Notes under the pieces: model-generated
Told to the model about the DNA's origin: nothing
What the model saw: the letters and a program-made list of their open reading frames with translations, nothing else
Databases searched by the model: none
Shown: positions 31,827 to 41,309 of the stretch, piece by piece
How positions within the stretch are numbered: position 1 is the first letter of the stretch
Layout of the letters: each line of letters opens with the position of its first letter
Made by a program: the position numbers and the translations under genes
Origin: Methylophilaceae bacterium
GTDB taxonomy: Bacteria > Pseudomonadota > Gammaproteobacteria > Burkholderiales > Methylophilaceae
Direction of reading: 5' to 3'
Assembly: GCA_965660175.1 (NCBI GenBank)
Contig: CBFHYY010000013.1
Location: 1,505 to 65,504 of the forward strand
DNA length: 64,000 nucleotides

Positions 31827-32170
31827 TGCTTAACAAAAATGAAATTAACAGTGAGCTTGATAAACTCGATGGTTGGGTAATTGACGAGAATAAAATAGTA
31901 AAAAATATTCCTATGCATAACTGGAAAGGCGTGCTTATGCTTGCAAACACCATTGCCCATCTCAGTGAGGTGGCATGGCACCATCCAGACCTTATTTTAA
32001 CCTACTCAAGTATTACTATAAATCTCACTAGCCATGATGCGAATGGATTGACAATGAAGGATTTTGATTTAGCAAAAAAAATTGATGAAGTAATAGGATG
32101 GAACCCTCGAAAAGATGGCGGTTCATTGACCGGGACTCCAACAAATTCCGAACATAGATATTTAAACTAA
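31823..32170 (+). CDS. pterin-4-alpha-carbinolamine dehydratase (DCoH/PCD) family protein
   Basis: 115 aa. Has the LDGW start motif and the WHHPDL His-His-Pro signature. Overlaps the pabB stop by 4 nt (ATGA). Confidence 0.8.
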   Translation: MMLNKNEINSELDKLDGWVIDENKIVKNIPMHNWKGVLMLANTIAHLSEVAWHHPDLILTYSSITINLTSHDANGLTMKDFDLAKKIDEVIGWNPRKDGGSLTGTPTNSEHRYLN

Positions 32171-32173
32171 AAT

Positions 32174-35100
32174 TTAAAAAATCTTCTTGGTAAATGATCC
32201 ATAATTCAATAATACTGTTGGTAGGATCAGTAGGTTTAATATTGTCGATGTAAATAACCCTCCAATAATAATTGTCGCCATTGGTCCAGTTATTTCATTT
32301 CCAGGTTCTCCTGATCCCATTGCAATTGGAAGGAGAGCTAGACCAGCCACAAGAGCTGTCATTAATATAGATGGTAGCCTTTCTTTTGCCCCTCTCACAC
32401 AAGTATCAAGGTTCCATTGCAAATTTTCATTTTCGATAAGATGTTGATAATGGGAGATAAGCATTATTGAATTTCTAAGCGTAATCCCAAATAATGTTAC
32501 AAATCCAACTAATGAACCAATTGACAGCCATCCTCCATACATAGAAGCAGCCAAAACCCCTCCAACAAGAGCAAAAGGTAGATTAAGTATGGTTATTAAT
32601 AAGTTTTGAAAAGAGCCAAAGGCTATGAGTAGCATCAATAGAACTGCTGTTCCTGCTAAGAATGAATGGGTAATAAGTTCTTCTCGAGATTTGGCATTTT
32701 CTTGGGCAGATCCAGTGAGGTCATAAAAATTATTTTTCCCCAGATCAATTTTTTCAAGCTCTTCTTTTAATTCTGCATTAAAATTATTAATATCTCTTCC
32801 TGATATATTAGCTGTAATGGTTTGGACACGCTTTCCATTTTGGTGAAGGATTTTGGACCTACCATTTTCTTGATTTATGTCTGCAATGTCAGCAAGTACA
32901 TAAATTTTATTGTCACTGGATCGTATTGGTAACTTTTTTATTTTAGCAATATCGTCCTTATAATCGCTTTCGAACGTAACAACCACAGGTTTTTTATTGA
33001 TACCATCGAAAACATAAGATGCAGTTATTCCCTCGTATGCCGTCCTTATAATATCTAGTACATCTTTATTTAAAATACCAAGCTGTGCAATCTTTTCTTG
33101 TCTAAGTCTAATGCTTACCTGAGGTGTTCCAGGTGGAGATTGAACCATAATATCTTTAGACCCATCAATTTTCGTTAAAATTTGTGAAATTCTTTGAGCA
33201 TCTTGATCTAGAGAATCCAAATTATCTCCATACACGTTTATGACGACTGAAGCATTATAGCCAGAAATTGTCTCCTCTATTCGTTCGGTTAAAAAAGTGT
33301 TTACCGAAAAATTGACTCCGACAAAACCACCATCTACCACAGTCTTACTATCTCCATGAACGATACTATTTATTTCTTCTAACACTCTATCTTGATTAGG
33401 GCCATCAAGTGCATCTAGCTCAATTTCAAATTCACTGTAGTGTGTACCAAATGTGTCTGCACCCATGGGCGATCTTCCAACCCATTGAGCAACATACTTG
33501 ACCCCATCAATTTTTAAAATTTTATTAGTTACAAGATTACCTATTCTTATAGATTCTTTTTCGGACGTTCCAGGATAGGCAGTCATATGCATAATATAGT
33601 GGCCCTCACGGAGGGGTGGTATAAATTGTGTTTTTAAGAATGGTAAAAAAGATAACCCAATAGATATTAAAACAAACGTCAGTATAATTATTTCTCTAGA
33701 CTTACCTTCAATTATATGTAATGTTTTATCATAATATTTTTTTATAATTAGAATGAGTGGTGAGTCATCACTTTTTATTTTTGCATCTCCAAGTATAAGA
33801 TAACAAAGGGCAGGAGTGATGGTAATAGCAACAAACAATGAAGCAATAATAGATGTTATGTAAGCTATACCCAATGGGCCAAAAAGTTTACCTGCAACTC
33901 CAGATAATGAAAGAAGTGGAAGAAATACAAGGACGATGATAATCGTTGCAAAAATAACGGATTGGCGCACCTCCATGGAAGCATTAAATACAACTTGATA
34001 TGCGGGAATAGGTTTTATTAATAATTTATTTTGACGTAATCTTCTAAATATATTCTCAACATCAATGATTGCGTCATCAACTACTTCCCCAAGAACTATG
34101 GCAAGGCCACTTAAAACCATAACATTAAGACCCATACCAAAAGAATTCATAACACAAATTGCTGATAATAGTGATATCGGTATCGCTACAGCTGAGATAA
34201 ATGCTGTTTTTATATTAAATAAGAAAATATAAAGTACAGTAATAACCATGAAAGCACCGATCAAAATATCGAATCGTAATCTCTTTATGGAGGCGTCAAT
34301 AAAATTTGCAGGTTTGAAGAGATCGGGAATGAGCTCTATGGATTCTTTTTTTAGGATTGGAGTAAGGCTTTGCAATGATTCTTCCAATGTCTTAGTTAAC
34401 ATGTAGCTGTTAGCACCTAATTGCCCTTGTATGGAAAGATATACTCCATCATTTTTATTAATCGATACCGCGCTTATTGAAGGCGCCTTACTTTCTTCTA
34501 CAGTTGCGATATCTTTTACTCTTAATATCACTCCTTTTTTGTTAATTATGGGAAGCATTTTTAATTGGGTGATATTTTTAATTTGAGCTTCAGAGTTAAT
34601 GATAATTCTTTGATTTTCATTTTCAATAAAACCACCAGCTACCTGCCCAGATGATTTTTCTATAGCAATAATCACATCCTCAATGGTAACCTCATGGTTA
34701 TAAAGCTTGTCTGGTAAAAGTTTAATCTGTAATTGAGCTACATCACCGCCAAATCTATTTACATCAGCGACTCCAGATACTCCCATTAAATGTGGAATAA
34801 TGATGTTTTCAGCAAAAGTTCTAAGCTCAAGGTTAGTTTTATTGTTTGATGTTATTCCGATACCAAGAACGCTTGATGCAGAAGATGTCAATGGGGTGAT
34901 TAATGGTGTAATTCCTTCTGGCATTGAGCGCGATAAATTTGATAATTTTTCAGAAATAGATTGCCTGTTTTTAAAGATATCAGTATCTTCATTAAAAATT
35001 ATGGTTACTACCGAAAGGCCAGGAATAGACTGCGATCTGATTTGTTTTATTCCAATTGTTCCAGCGACTGATTTTTCAATTGGATTTGTAATTAAAGTTT

Positions 35101-35284
35101 CAACAAGATTTGATGAAAAGCCTGGTGACTCGGTTTGGATAATAACCTGAGTGGGCGCAAATTCTGGAAAAACATTTAGCGGACTTTCTTTTATTTGGTA
35201 GATTCCATAAACAATTATAAGTATAGAGAGCCCTATAATTACTCCAGGAAATTTGATAGAGAATTTTATTAATTGACCCATCAA
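32174..35284 (-). CDS. RND efflux transporter permease, CzcA/CusA-like by N-terminal sequence
   Basis: 1036 aa with 12 predicted TM segments and two large periplasmic loops. The N-terminus reads FPEFAPTQVIIQTESPG...IRSQSIPGLSVVTIIF. The TM4 region reads LGEVVDDAIIDVENIFRRL. Confidence 0.9.
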   Translation of the reverse strand: MMGQLIKFSIKFPGVIIGLSILIIVYGIYQIKESPLNVFPEFAPTQVIIQTESPGFSSNLVETLITNPIEKSVAGTIGIKQIRSQSIPGLSVVTIIFNEDTDIFKNRQSISEKLSNLSRSMPEGITPLITPLTSSASSVLGIGITSNNKTNLELRTFAENIIIPHLMGVSGVADVNRFGGDVAQLQIKLLPDKLYNHEVTIEDVIIAIEKSSGQVAGGFIENENQRIIINSEAQIKNITQLKMLPIINKKGVILRVKDIATVEESKAPSISAVSINKNDGVYLSIQGQLGANSYMLTKTLEESLQSLTPILKKESIELIPDLFKPANFIDASIKRLRFDILIGAFMVITVLYIFLFNIKTAFISAVAIPISLLSAICVMNSFGMGLNVMVLSGLAIVLGEVVDDAIIDVENIFRRLRQNKLLIKPIPAYQVVFNASMEVRQSVIFATIIIVLVFLPLLSLSGVAGKLFGPLGIAYITSIIASLFVAITITPALCYLILGDAKIKSDDSPLILIIKKYYDKTLHIIEGKSREIIILTFVLISIGLSFLPFLKTQFIPPLREGHYIMHMTAYPGTSEKESIRIGNLVTNKILKIDGVKYVAQWVGRSPMGADTFGTHYSEFEIELDALDGPNQDRVLEEINSIVHGDSKTVVDGGFVGVNFSVNTFLTERIEETISGYNASVVINVYGDNLDSLDQDAQRISQILTKIDGSKDIMVQSPPGTPQVSIRLRQEKIAQLGILNKDVLDIIRTAYEGITASYVFDGINKKPVVVTFESDYKDDIAKIKKLPIRSSDNKIYVLADIADINQENGRSKILHQNGKRVQTITANISGRDINNFNAELKEELEKIDLGKNNFYDLTGSAQENAKSREELITHSFLAGTAVLLMLLIAFGSFQNLLITILNLPFALVGGVLAASMYGGWLSIGSLVGFVTLFGITLRNSIMLISHYQHLIENENLQWNLDTCVRGAKERLPSILMTALVAGLALLPIAMGSGEPGNEITGPMATIIIGGLFTSTILNLLILPTVLLNYGSFTKKIF

Positions 35285-35287
35285 GGG

Positions 35288-36364
35288 TTAATCCTCATTT
35301 TCATTTTTAATCTGATATTTAAATTCTTCTGATAAGAGTAATTGTGCGCCATTGATTACAAGAGAATCACCTTTCTTTAAAATGTCTTGCTTTATAACCC
35401 AACCGTTATTTGTTTCTAAAGGATCTAAAAGTGGTCTTCTAAGAAAGTGACCTTCCTTGTTTATGTTTTTTATATAAACCCAAGGTTTGCCAATGCTCCA
35501 GACAACAGCACTGCTGGGGATAAATAATGCTGTAAATTCATCATCTTTTACATTTTGAATTAAGTTTGCCTTAATCCGTGCACCTATATTAAGCTCATTA
35601 TTCTTAACTACATAAAAAAAACTTTTACCTTGCAATGAGCTGTTTGTGCTTGGAGCTTCCGAAATGAATTCGGCCTTGAACTTTCTAGTTTTATTTGGAA
35701 TAGAAATATTTATAAACTTGGGCATTGTTTTAGGTAAATTATATGAGGGTATTGTAATTGTCACCAAACGAAATTGATTACCCAATATTTCTTTTGCAAT
35801 AATATTTTTTGATAAGTAAATATTGTTCTTGAAATAATTGCCCCATTTATGTTCTGTGTTTATAAAAATATTTTGTATATCATTTTTAATAATTTCAATA
35901 TCATTTTCCAGGATATCAATATCACCTTCTTTTTCAATTATTACTTGATCAGAAATATTTTTATTATCTTTATTGAGGGCTACAAGTTTGGATAATTCAT
36001 CTAATTCACCACTTAATATATTATTAAGTTTATTTTTTTTTCGATGCAGATTAAGGAGATCATTTTTTTTCTCAAAAAGATCAGATAAATTTAATACCTC
36101 ACCATAGATGAACGAGTTTGATGTTTCATTGCTAGTACTTATAGTCTCAATTTCAATCCCGCTATTTTTTTCAACAACAGAAGGCAATATTACGTAAGTA
36201 AGTCCATTTAGCGTTGTCGTATAGTCAATAATAATCTGCTCTTCATCGTCATCACTATCCTCATCCATAAAAAATTCATCCGAACCAACAAGAATGACAG
36301 TCCATATGAGAGTAACAATTATTAGGAATTGAAATATTATGATTATTAATGTTTTATTTTTCAT
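35288..36364 (-). CDS. putative periplasmic adaptor (membrane fusion protein) of the RND pump, highly divergent
   Basis: 358 aa. Has an N-terminal TM anchor, an acidic stretch DEDSDDDEEQ, a long Asn/Lys/Ile-rich coiled-coil-like centre, and a C-terminal beta-rich part ending GDSLVINGAQLLLSEEF. Sits between the OMF and RND genes. Confidence 0.65.
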   Translation of the reverse strand: MKNKTLIIIIFQFLIIVTLIWTVILVGSDEFFMDEDSDDDEEQIIIDYTTTLNGLTYVILPSVVEKNSGIEIETISTSNETSNSFIYGEVLNLSDLFEKKNDLLNLHRKKNKLNNILSGELDELSKLVALNKDNKNISDQVIIEKEGDIDILENDIEIIKNDIQNIFINTEHKWGNYFKNNIYLSKNIIAKEILGNQFRLVTITIPSYNLPKTMPKFINISIPNKTRKFKAEFISEAPSTNSSLQGKSFFYVVKNNELNIGARIKANLIQNVKDDEFTALFIPSSAVVWSIGKPWVYIKNINKEGHFLRRPLLDPLETNNGWVIKQDILKKGDSLVINGAQLLLSEEFKYQIKNENED

Positions 36365-37752
36365 TGTTTGTAATTATCTGTAAAAATTGGTTCTTGAACA
36401 ATTGACTCAGCATCAAGTCCTTTTTTAATGACATTGTAAAAAGCAGTATGATAATTTCTTTCGATCTCATTTAATTTTATTAATTCTAATTCTAACTCCA
36501 ATCGATCAAGAATCCCATTATCAAACCTTGTCATCAATTGTTTTTTTAATTGGTCTTTTGTTTTACGTAAAGTTTCGTTATATTTTACAAGGTCCATACT
36601 GTAATTAAAGTCAGATAATAATATTTCAGATTCGTTGATAATCTCTAATTGATATTGCATAACTTTTCTTGCCTCAGATGCTCTAATCTTTCTCGCTTTA
36701 TCAATAAACATTTCATATTTTTTATTCGATTCTAAAATTACATCTATTCCTAAATCCCAAATATAGCTTCCTAAATCATAGGTGTAGGCGGGTGAAAAAT
36801 TAAAGTCAGGATATTGATTCGCAATCTCATATTTTAATTTGGATTCTGCAATTGCATAAGATGCCAATAAAAGTCTTAATTTTTTGCTATTCATAGTGGC
36901 TCTATACTTAATATCCGTTATATTATTTTCATGAATAAATTTATTACCTGTTTGATTGAGATAGATTTTGATCCCTTTTGTGTCTATTGGAATTAAATTA
37001 AATTTTTCTATAGACAATCCTATGGATGTAGCTAAATCTTTTTTTATTCTTGTGTGCTTATGTTGCATCATTAATAGTTCTTGATTAATAAATTTTAAAT
37101 CAAGAAATGCCTTGTTGTAATCGACCTGGGATAAGACGCCAAATTCAACTCTTTTTTTAATCATATTGAGAATTGAATGTTTGAGTTTGAGTTCATCTCT
37201 CGTAATATTTATTAAATCTTGTAATTCAATGAAGCTAACTATCTTTTTAAGTAAATCCGTCCTTAATTCCCATAATCTTAATTCGTGTTTAAGAATTGCA
37301 TGCTGCGTTTCATTAAAAGCGATTTCATATCTTATTAACTTTTTATTAGCTCTTTCAAATAAAAACCTTAGATTAACTCCAAAAATATTCTTTGATAATT
37401 CTTGATTACTATCGCTTCGTCCAACACTGACACCTATTGAGGTTGATGGATTTTGTAGTGCTATATTTTCGTTTACTTTTATTGCCTCAATTAATTTTTT
37501 TTCTGTCTTAATTTCATAATTAAAATACTGTTGGGCTAGAGTAATTTCGTTGAGACCCCAACTTTTTAATGGCAATGACTTATCTTGATAACCATGATCA
37601 ATTAAATATCTATTAAAATCTTTATTATTTATATCCTCGGTGTTGATAGATTCGTTTATTTTTGAAATTTCAATTTCTTTTTTTTGGTAGGGTATGATGC
37701 TACAAGCTATGAGGAAAAAACCTAACGATAAAGAGATAACAGTTTTTATCAT
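36361..37752 (-). CDS. outer membrane efflux factor (TolC/CzcC-like lipoprotein)
   Basis: 463 aa. Has lipobox LIAC and a two-repeat, alpha-helix-rich architecture. It is the first gene of the OMF-MFP-RND operon and overlaps the MFP gene by 4 nt. Confidence 0.7.
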   Translation of the reverse strand: MIKTVISLSLGFFLIACSIIPYQKKEIEISKINESINTEDINNKDFNRYLIDHGYQDKSLPLKSWGLNEITLAQQYFNYEIKTEKKLIEAIKVNENIALQNPSTSIGVSVGRSDSNQELSKNIFGVNLRFLFERANKKLIRYEIAFNETQHAILKHELRLWELRTDLLKKIVSFIELQDLINITRDELKLKHSILNMIKKRVEFGVLSQVDYNKAFLDLKFINQELLMMQHKHTRIKKDLATSIGLSIEKFNLIPIDTKGIKIYLNQTGNKFIHENNITDIKYRATMNSKKLRLLLASYAIAESKLKYEIANQYPDFNFSPAYTYDLGSYIWDLGIDVILESNKKYEMFIDKARKIRASEARKVMQYQLEIINESEILLSDFNYSMDLVKYNETLRKTKDQLKKQLMTRFDNGILDRLELELELIKLNEIERNYHTAFYNVIKKGLDAESIVQEPIFTDNYKQ

Positions 37753-37859
37753 ATGATTTTATTTTGATTTAATGAATTTTGCATAAATAGTATTTTATCC
37801 TCAATCAAATAAATGGGTAATAAATACATGGAATTTTTTACAACCTCTAGAAACTAAAC

Positions 37860-37868
37860 TGATATAAT
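37860..37868 (+). promoter_or_regulatory. extended -10 promoter element (TGATATAAT) upstream of tRNA-Leu
   Basis: An exact TGnTATAAT lies at 37860-37868, about 25 nt before the mature tRNA 5' end. No good -35 is present. Confidence 0.4.
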
Positions 37869-37892
37869 ACGCGATTGACAAAAATTGAATAC

Positions 37893-37977
37893 GCGAGAGT
37901 GGCGGAATTGGTAGACGCACTGGATTTAGGTTCCAGCGCCGCAAGGCGTGAGAGTTCGAGTCTCTCCTTTCGCACCA
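37893..37977 (+). tRNA. tRNA-Leu (anticodon TAG), class II with a long variable arm and encoded CCA
   Basis: Hand-folded. Acceptor GCGAGAG/CTTTCGC has one G-U pair. The anticodon stem CTGGA/TCCAG carries the loop TTTAGGT. The variable arm is CGCCGCAAGGCGTG. The T arm is GAGAG-TTCGAGT-CTCTC. A 3' ACCA is encoded. Confidence 0.93.
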
Positions 37978-37998
37978 ATATTTTATTAGGATAAGATT

Positions 37999-39309
37999 AT
38001 GGCACAAGCAGTTGAAAAGATAGGTGAGATTGAAAGAAGGGTTAAGGTGGTTGTTCCTATAGCACCTTATCAAGTTGATATTTCCAATAAGTTCCAGGAG
38101 CTTTCTAAAACTGCTCGTGTTCAAGGTTTTCGTCCAGGGAAAGTCCCTTTAAGAATCATAGAACAACAATATGGGGGAGATGTAAAAAGTGAGGTATACA
38201 CTAAAGCCATTGAAAAAATGTTTGGTGAATTTGTTCAACAAAATAAATTAAGAGTTGCTGGAATGCCTGACATTCAACACGAGCCTCTCGATAAAGTTAA
38301 TAAAGATTTTGAATTCACCGCTACTTTTGAAATTTTTCCAGAATTTAAATTAGCTGATTTTAAAAAAAATAAAATCATTAATTATGAAACATCAATTACA
38401 GCTGCTAACGTAAAAAAAACTATCGATGTTATTGTGAAACAAAGAGCTACTTTTTCTAAGGTCGAACGAGCTTCAAAAAAAGGGGATAAGGTTAAGGCCC
38501 AAATGCAGTCATTCATAGACGGCAAGGTAGCCGAATCTACAGGCAAAGAATCTTTAGAGCTTATTCTTGGAGAAGCGGGTCGAGTCGAAGGATTTGATGA
38601 TCAATTAATAGGCATTAAATCTGGGATTACAAAAGAATTTACTATTAATTATCCAAAAGATTATCCAACGAAAGAACTATCAAGCAAGGATGTTAAATAT
38701 ATAGTCTCAATTCACGAAGTACTAGAACCATCTTATCCGAAAGTTGACGGGGAATTCGCAAAAAACCTAGGCGTTGTTGATGGTGATATTAAAAAAATGA
38801 ATGACGAAATAAAAAAATCTCTAGTCCAAGAGAGTGACCGAAGAATTAAGGCGAATCTAAAGCAGCAGGTGTTTAAATCTCTTGTTGATAGTCATACATT
38901 TGAGCTTCCAAAATCTTTAGTTGGTGCGGAGATAAACCGACTTGCTCAAACAGCCTATCAAAACATGCAAAAAGAAGGCGCAGACCCAAAAGACATTAAG
39001 CTTGAGCCTGCAATGTTTGAAGAAAATGCTAAAACTGCGTGTAAACTTCGTATTGTACTGGGAAATATTGTTGATGATAATTCTCTTCAGGCCTCTACGG
39101 ATCAAATTAAAGCTAAGGTAGAAGAATTTTCATCTAATTATGACGATCCTGAGCAAGCCATAAAATGGTTCTATGAGGATGAAAAAAGATTAGACGAACC
39201 AAGAGCTTTAGCCACAGAAGATAATGTAGTGGAATGGTTTTTGGAGAAATGCAAAAAAGATACAAAGAAAATTGAATTAGATCTCGTATTAGCTGGTCAA
39301 TTTACATAG
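37999..39309 (+). CDS. tig: trigger factor
   Basis: 436 aa. Has the ribosome-binding GFRPGKVP motif. Lies upstream of clpP-clpX-lon. Confidence 0.95.
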   Translation: MAQAVEKIGEIERRVKVVVPIAPYQVDISNKFQELSKTARVQGFRPGKVPLRIIEQQYGGDVKSEVYTKAIEKMFGEFVQQNKLRVAGMPDIQHEPLDKVNKDFEFTATFEIFPEFKLADFKKNKIINYETSITAANVKKTIDVIVKQRATFSKVERASKKGDKVKAQMQSFIDGKVAESTGKESLELILGEAGRVEGFDDQLIGIKSGITKEFTINYPKDYPTKELSSKDVKYIVSIHEVLEPSYPKVDGEFAKNLGVVDGDIKKMNDEIKKSLVQESDRRIKANLKQQVFKSLVDSHTFELPKSLVGAEINRLAQTAYQNMQKEGADPKDIKLEPAMFEENAKTACKLRIVLGNIVDDNSLQASTDQIKAKVEEFSSNYDDPEQAIKWFYEDEKRLDEPRALATEDNVVEWFLEKCKKDTKKIELDLVLAGQFT

Positions 39310-39951
39310 ATGAATAAAAATACTACAAAATCATTCAACACATTTGAAGCCAATAACCTTGGTTACGTTCCTATGGTTGTTGAGCAAAGCGGAAGAGGGG
39401 AGAGATCTTATGATATTTATTCCAGACTTCTTAAGGAAAGAGTTATTTTTCTGGTAGGTCCAATTGATGATATGACCGCTAATGTTGTTGTAGCGCAACT
39501 TCTTTTCTTGGAAGCAGAAAATCCCGATAAAGATATTTATTTATATATTAACTCTCCTGGTGGTTCGGTAACCGCTGGTATGGCAATTTATGACACAATA
39601 CAATTTATCAAACCCGACGTTAGTACGCTTTGTATAGGTCAAGCTGCAAGTATGGGGGCATTATTATTAACTGCAGGTGAAAAAAATAAACGTTTTTGTC
39701 TTCCCAATTCACGCATCATGATTCATCAACCTCTTGGAGGCTTTCAAGGCCAAGCTTCCGATATTGAAATTCATGCGAAAGAAATTCTTTATCTCAAAGA
39801 AAGATTAAATACAATTTTATCTAATCACACTGGACAGAAAATTGAGAAAGTATCCAAAGATACTGATCGAGATAATTTCATGAGCGGTCAAGACGCTATG
39901 GATTACGGGCTTGTTGATAGGGTAATTTCAAATCGTTCTGACGTAAAATAA
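39310..39951 (+). CDS. clpP: ATP-dependent Clp protease proteolytic subunit
   Basis: 213 aa. Has the catalytic Ser in GQAASMGA and His in MIHQPLGG. Confidence 0.96.
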   Translation: MNKNTTKSFNTFEANNLGYVPMVVEQSGRGERSYDIYSRLLKERVIFLVGPIDDMTANVVVAQLLFLEAENPDKDIYLYINSPGGSVTAGMAIYDTIQFIKPDVSTLCIGQAASMGALLLTAGEKNKRFCLPNSRIMIHQPLGGFQGQASDIEIHAKEILYLKERLNTILSNHTGQKIEKVSKDTDRDNFMSGQDAMDYGLVDRVISNRSDVK

Positions 39952-39957
39952 TCAATC

Positions 39958-41235
39958 ATGTCTGATAAAGATCAAGAAAAGCTTCTTCTCTGCTCATTTT
40001 GTGGTAAAAATCAATCTGATGTAAAAAAATTAATAGCTGGTCCTTCTGTATTTATTTGCGATGAATGCGTTGATTTATGTAATGACATCATCAAGGAAGA
40101 GTCAACGCAAGAAAAAAAAGAAGATTCTCTTGATTCTGAAAAACACCTTCTAACTCCTAAAGAAATATTTCAAAAACTAGATGAGCATGTCATCGGCCAA
40201 GTTGATGCGAAAAAAAGTTTAGCCGTTGCTGTTTATAACCACTATAAACGTCTTGAGAATACCGATGTCGATGATGATTTATCAGATGTAAAAATATCTA
40301 AAAGTAATATCTTATTTATTGGCCCTACAGGGTCTGGTAAAACATTATTGGCACAGACTTTAGCTGAATTATTAAATGTTCCATTTGTTATGGCAGATGC
40401 TACCACCTTGACTGAAGCTGGTTATGTTGGAGAGGACGTTGAGAATATTATGCAAAAGCTTTTACAACGTTGTGATTATGATGTTGATAAAGCTCAAAAG
40501 GGAATAGTGTATATAGATGAAGTTGATAAAATATCTAGAAAAACTGATAACCCTTCAATTACAAGAGATGTGTCGGGTGAGGGAGTTCAGCAAGCCTTAT
40601 TAAAGCTAGTAGAGGGAACCGTAGCATCTGTGCCTCCTCAAGGAGGAAGGAAGCATCCAAATCAAGAGTTTGTTCAAATTGACACCACCAATATTTTATT
40701 CATATGTGGGGGTGCTTTTGATGGTCTGGAAAAAATTATTAAAGAAAGGACAGAAAAAAATAGTATAGGTTTTGGAGCTGAAGTTCAAGGTAAGTCAGAT
40801 ATAAAAACTTTTGGAGATATTGTTCGTAATGTTCAATCAGAAGATCTAGTAAAATTTGGTTTGATTCCAGAATTTATAGGTAGGTTGCCTGTTATAACAA
40901 CATTAGAAAGTCTTGATAAAAGTGCCCTAATAAAGATTTTAACCGAACCAAAAAATGCATTAACAAAACAATTTAAAAAATTATTTAGAATCGAGGGAGT
41001 TGAACTAGATTTTCGTCCAGAAGCATTAAACGCTATTGCTGATAAAGCATTAGAAAGAAAATCAGGTGCAAGGGGATTAAGATCTATTTTAGAAATTGCC
41101 CTTAAGGAGACTATGTTTGATTTACCAACCATAACCAACTTAGAAAAAGTCGTTATAGATGATGGTGTAATTAAGGATAACACTGCTCCATATCTAATTT
41201 TTTCAAAAAAACAACAAAAGCAACAAAACAAATAA
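39958..41235 (+). CDS. clpX: ATP-dependent Clp protease ATP-binding subunit ClpX
   Basis: 425 aa. Has an N-terminal zinc-binding domain (CSFCGK...CDECV), Walker A GPTGSGKT, and the pore loop GYVG. Confidence 0.96.
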   Translation: MSDKDQEKLLLCSFCGKNQSDVKKLIAGPSVFICDECVDLCNDIIKEESTQEKKEDSLDSEKHLLTPKEIFQKLDEHVIGQVDAKKSLAVAVYNHYKRLENTDVDDDLSDVKISKSNILFIGPTGSGKTLLAQTLAELLNVPFVMADATTLTEAGYVGEDVENIMQKLLQRCDYDVDKAQKGIVYIDEVDKISRKTDNPSITRDVSGEGVQQALLKLVEGTVASVPPQGGRKHPNQEFVQIDTTNILFICGGAFDGLEKIIKERTEKNSIGFGAEVQGKSDIKTFGDIVRNVQSEDLVKFGLIPEFIGRLPVITTLESLDKSALIKILTEPKNALTKQFKKLFRIEGVELDFRPEALNAIADKALERKSGARGLRSILEIALKETMFDLPTITNLEKVVIDDGVIKDNTAPYLIFSKKQQKQQNK

Positions 41236-41252
41236 TTTTTACTATTTATAGC

Positions 41253-41280
41253 CTTGTAAAATTATATATCAACTCCATAA
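41253..41280 (+). promoter_or_regulatory. possible sigma32 (heat-shock) type promoter upstream of lon
   Basis: The sequence is CTTGTAA, 13 nt, then CTCCATAA. Compare the remembered sigma32 consensus CTTGAAA, 13-15 nt, CCCCATnT. It lies 30 nt before the lon ATG. Confidence 0.3.
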
Positions 41281-41309
41281 TTAATTAATAAAATAATATA
41301 AAGAAAAAA

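Noticed and set aside
32174-37977. The RND efflux operon as a tRNA-Leu-associated genomic island.
   Set aside because: There is no integrase, no transposase, and no direct repeat of the tRNA-Leu 3' end at the far boundary near 32170. The AT-richness of the adaptor and OMF genes can be explained by weak constraint in an AT-rich genome. It is kept only as a low-key note inside the RND finding.
37801-38124. A 107-aa ORF on the minus strand spanning the tRNA-Leu gene and the tig start.
   Set aside because: It overlaps a cleanly folding tRNA and the trigger factor N-terminus. The translation reads through tRNA sequence (RRDSNSH is typical of the tRNA T-arm), so it is spurious.
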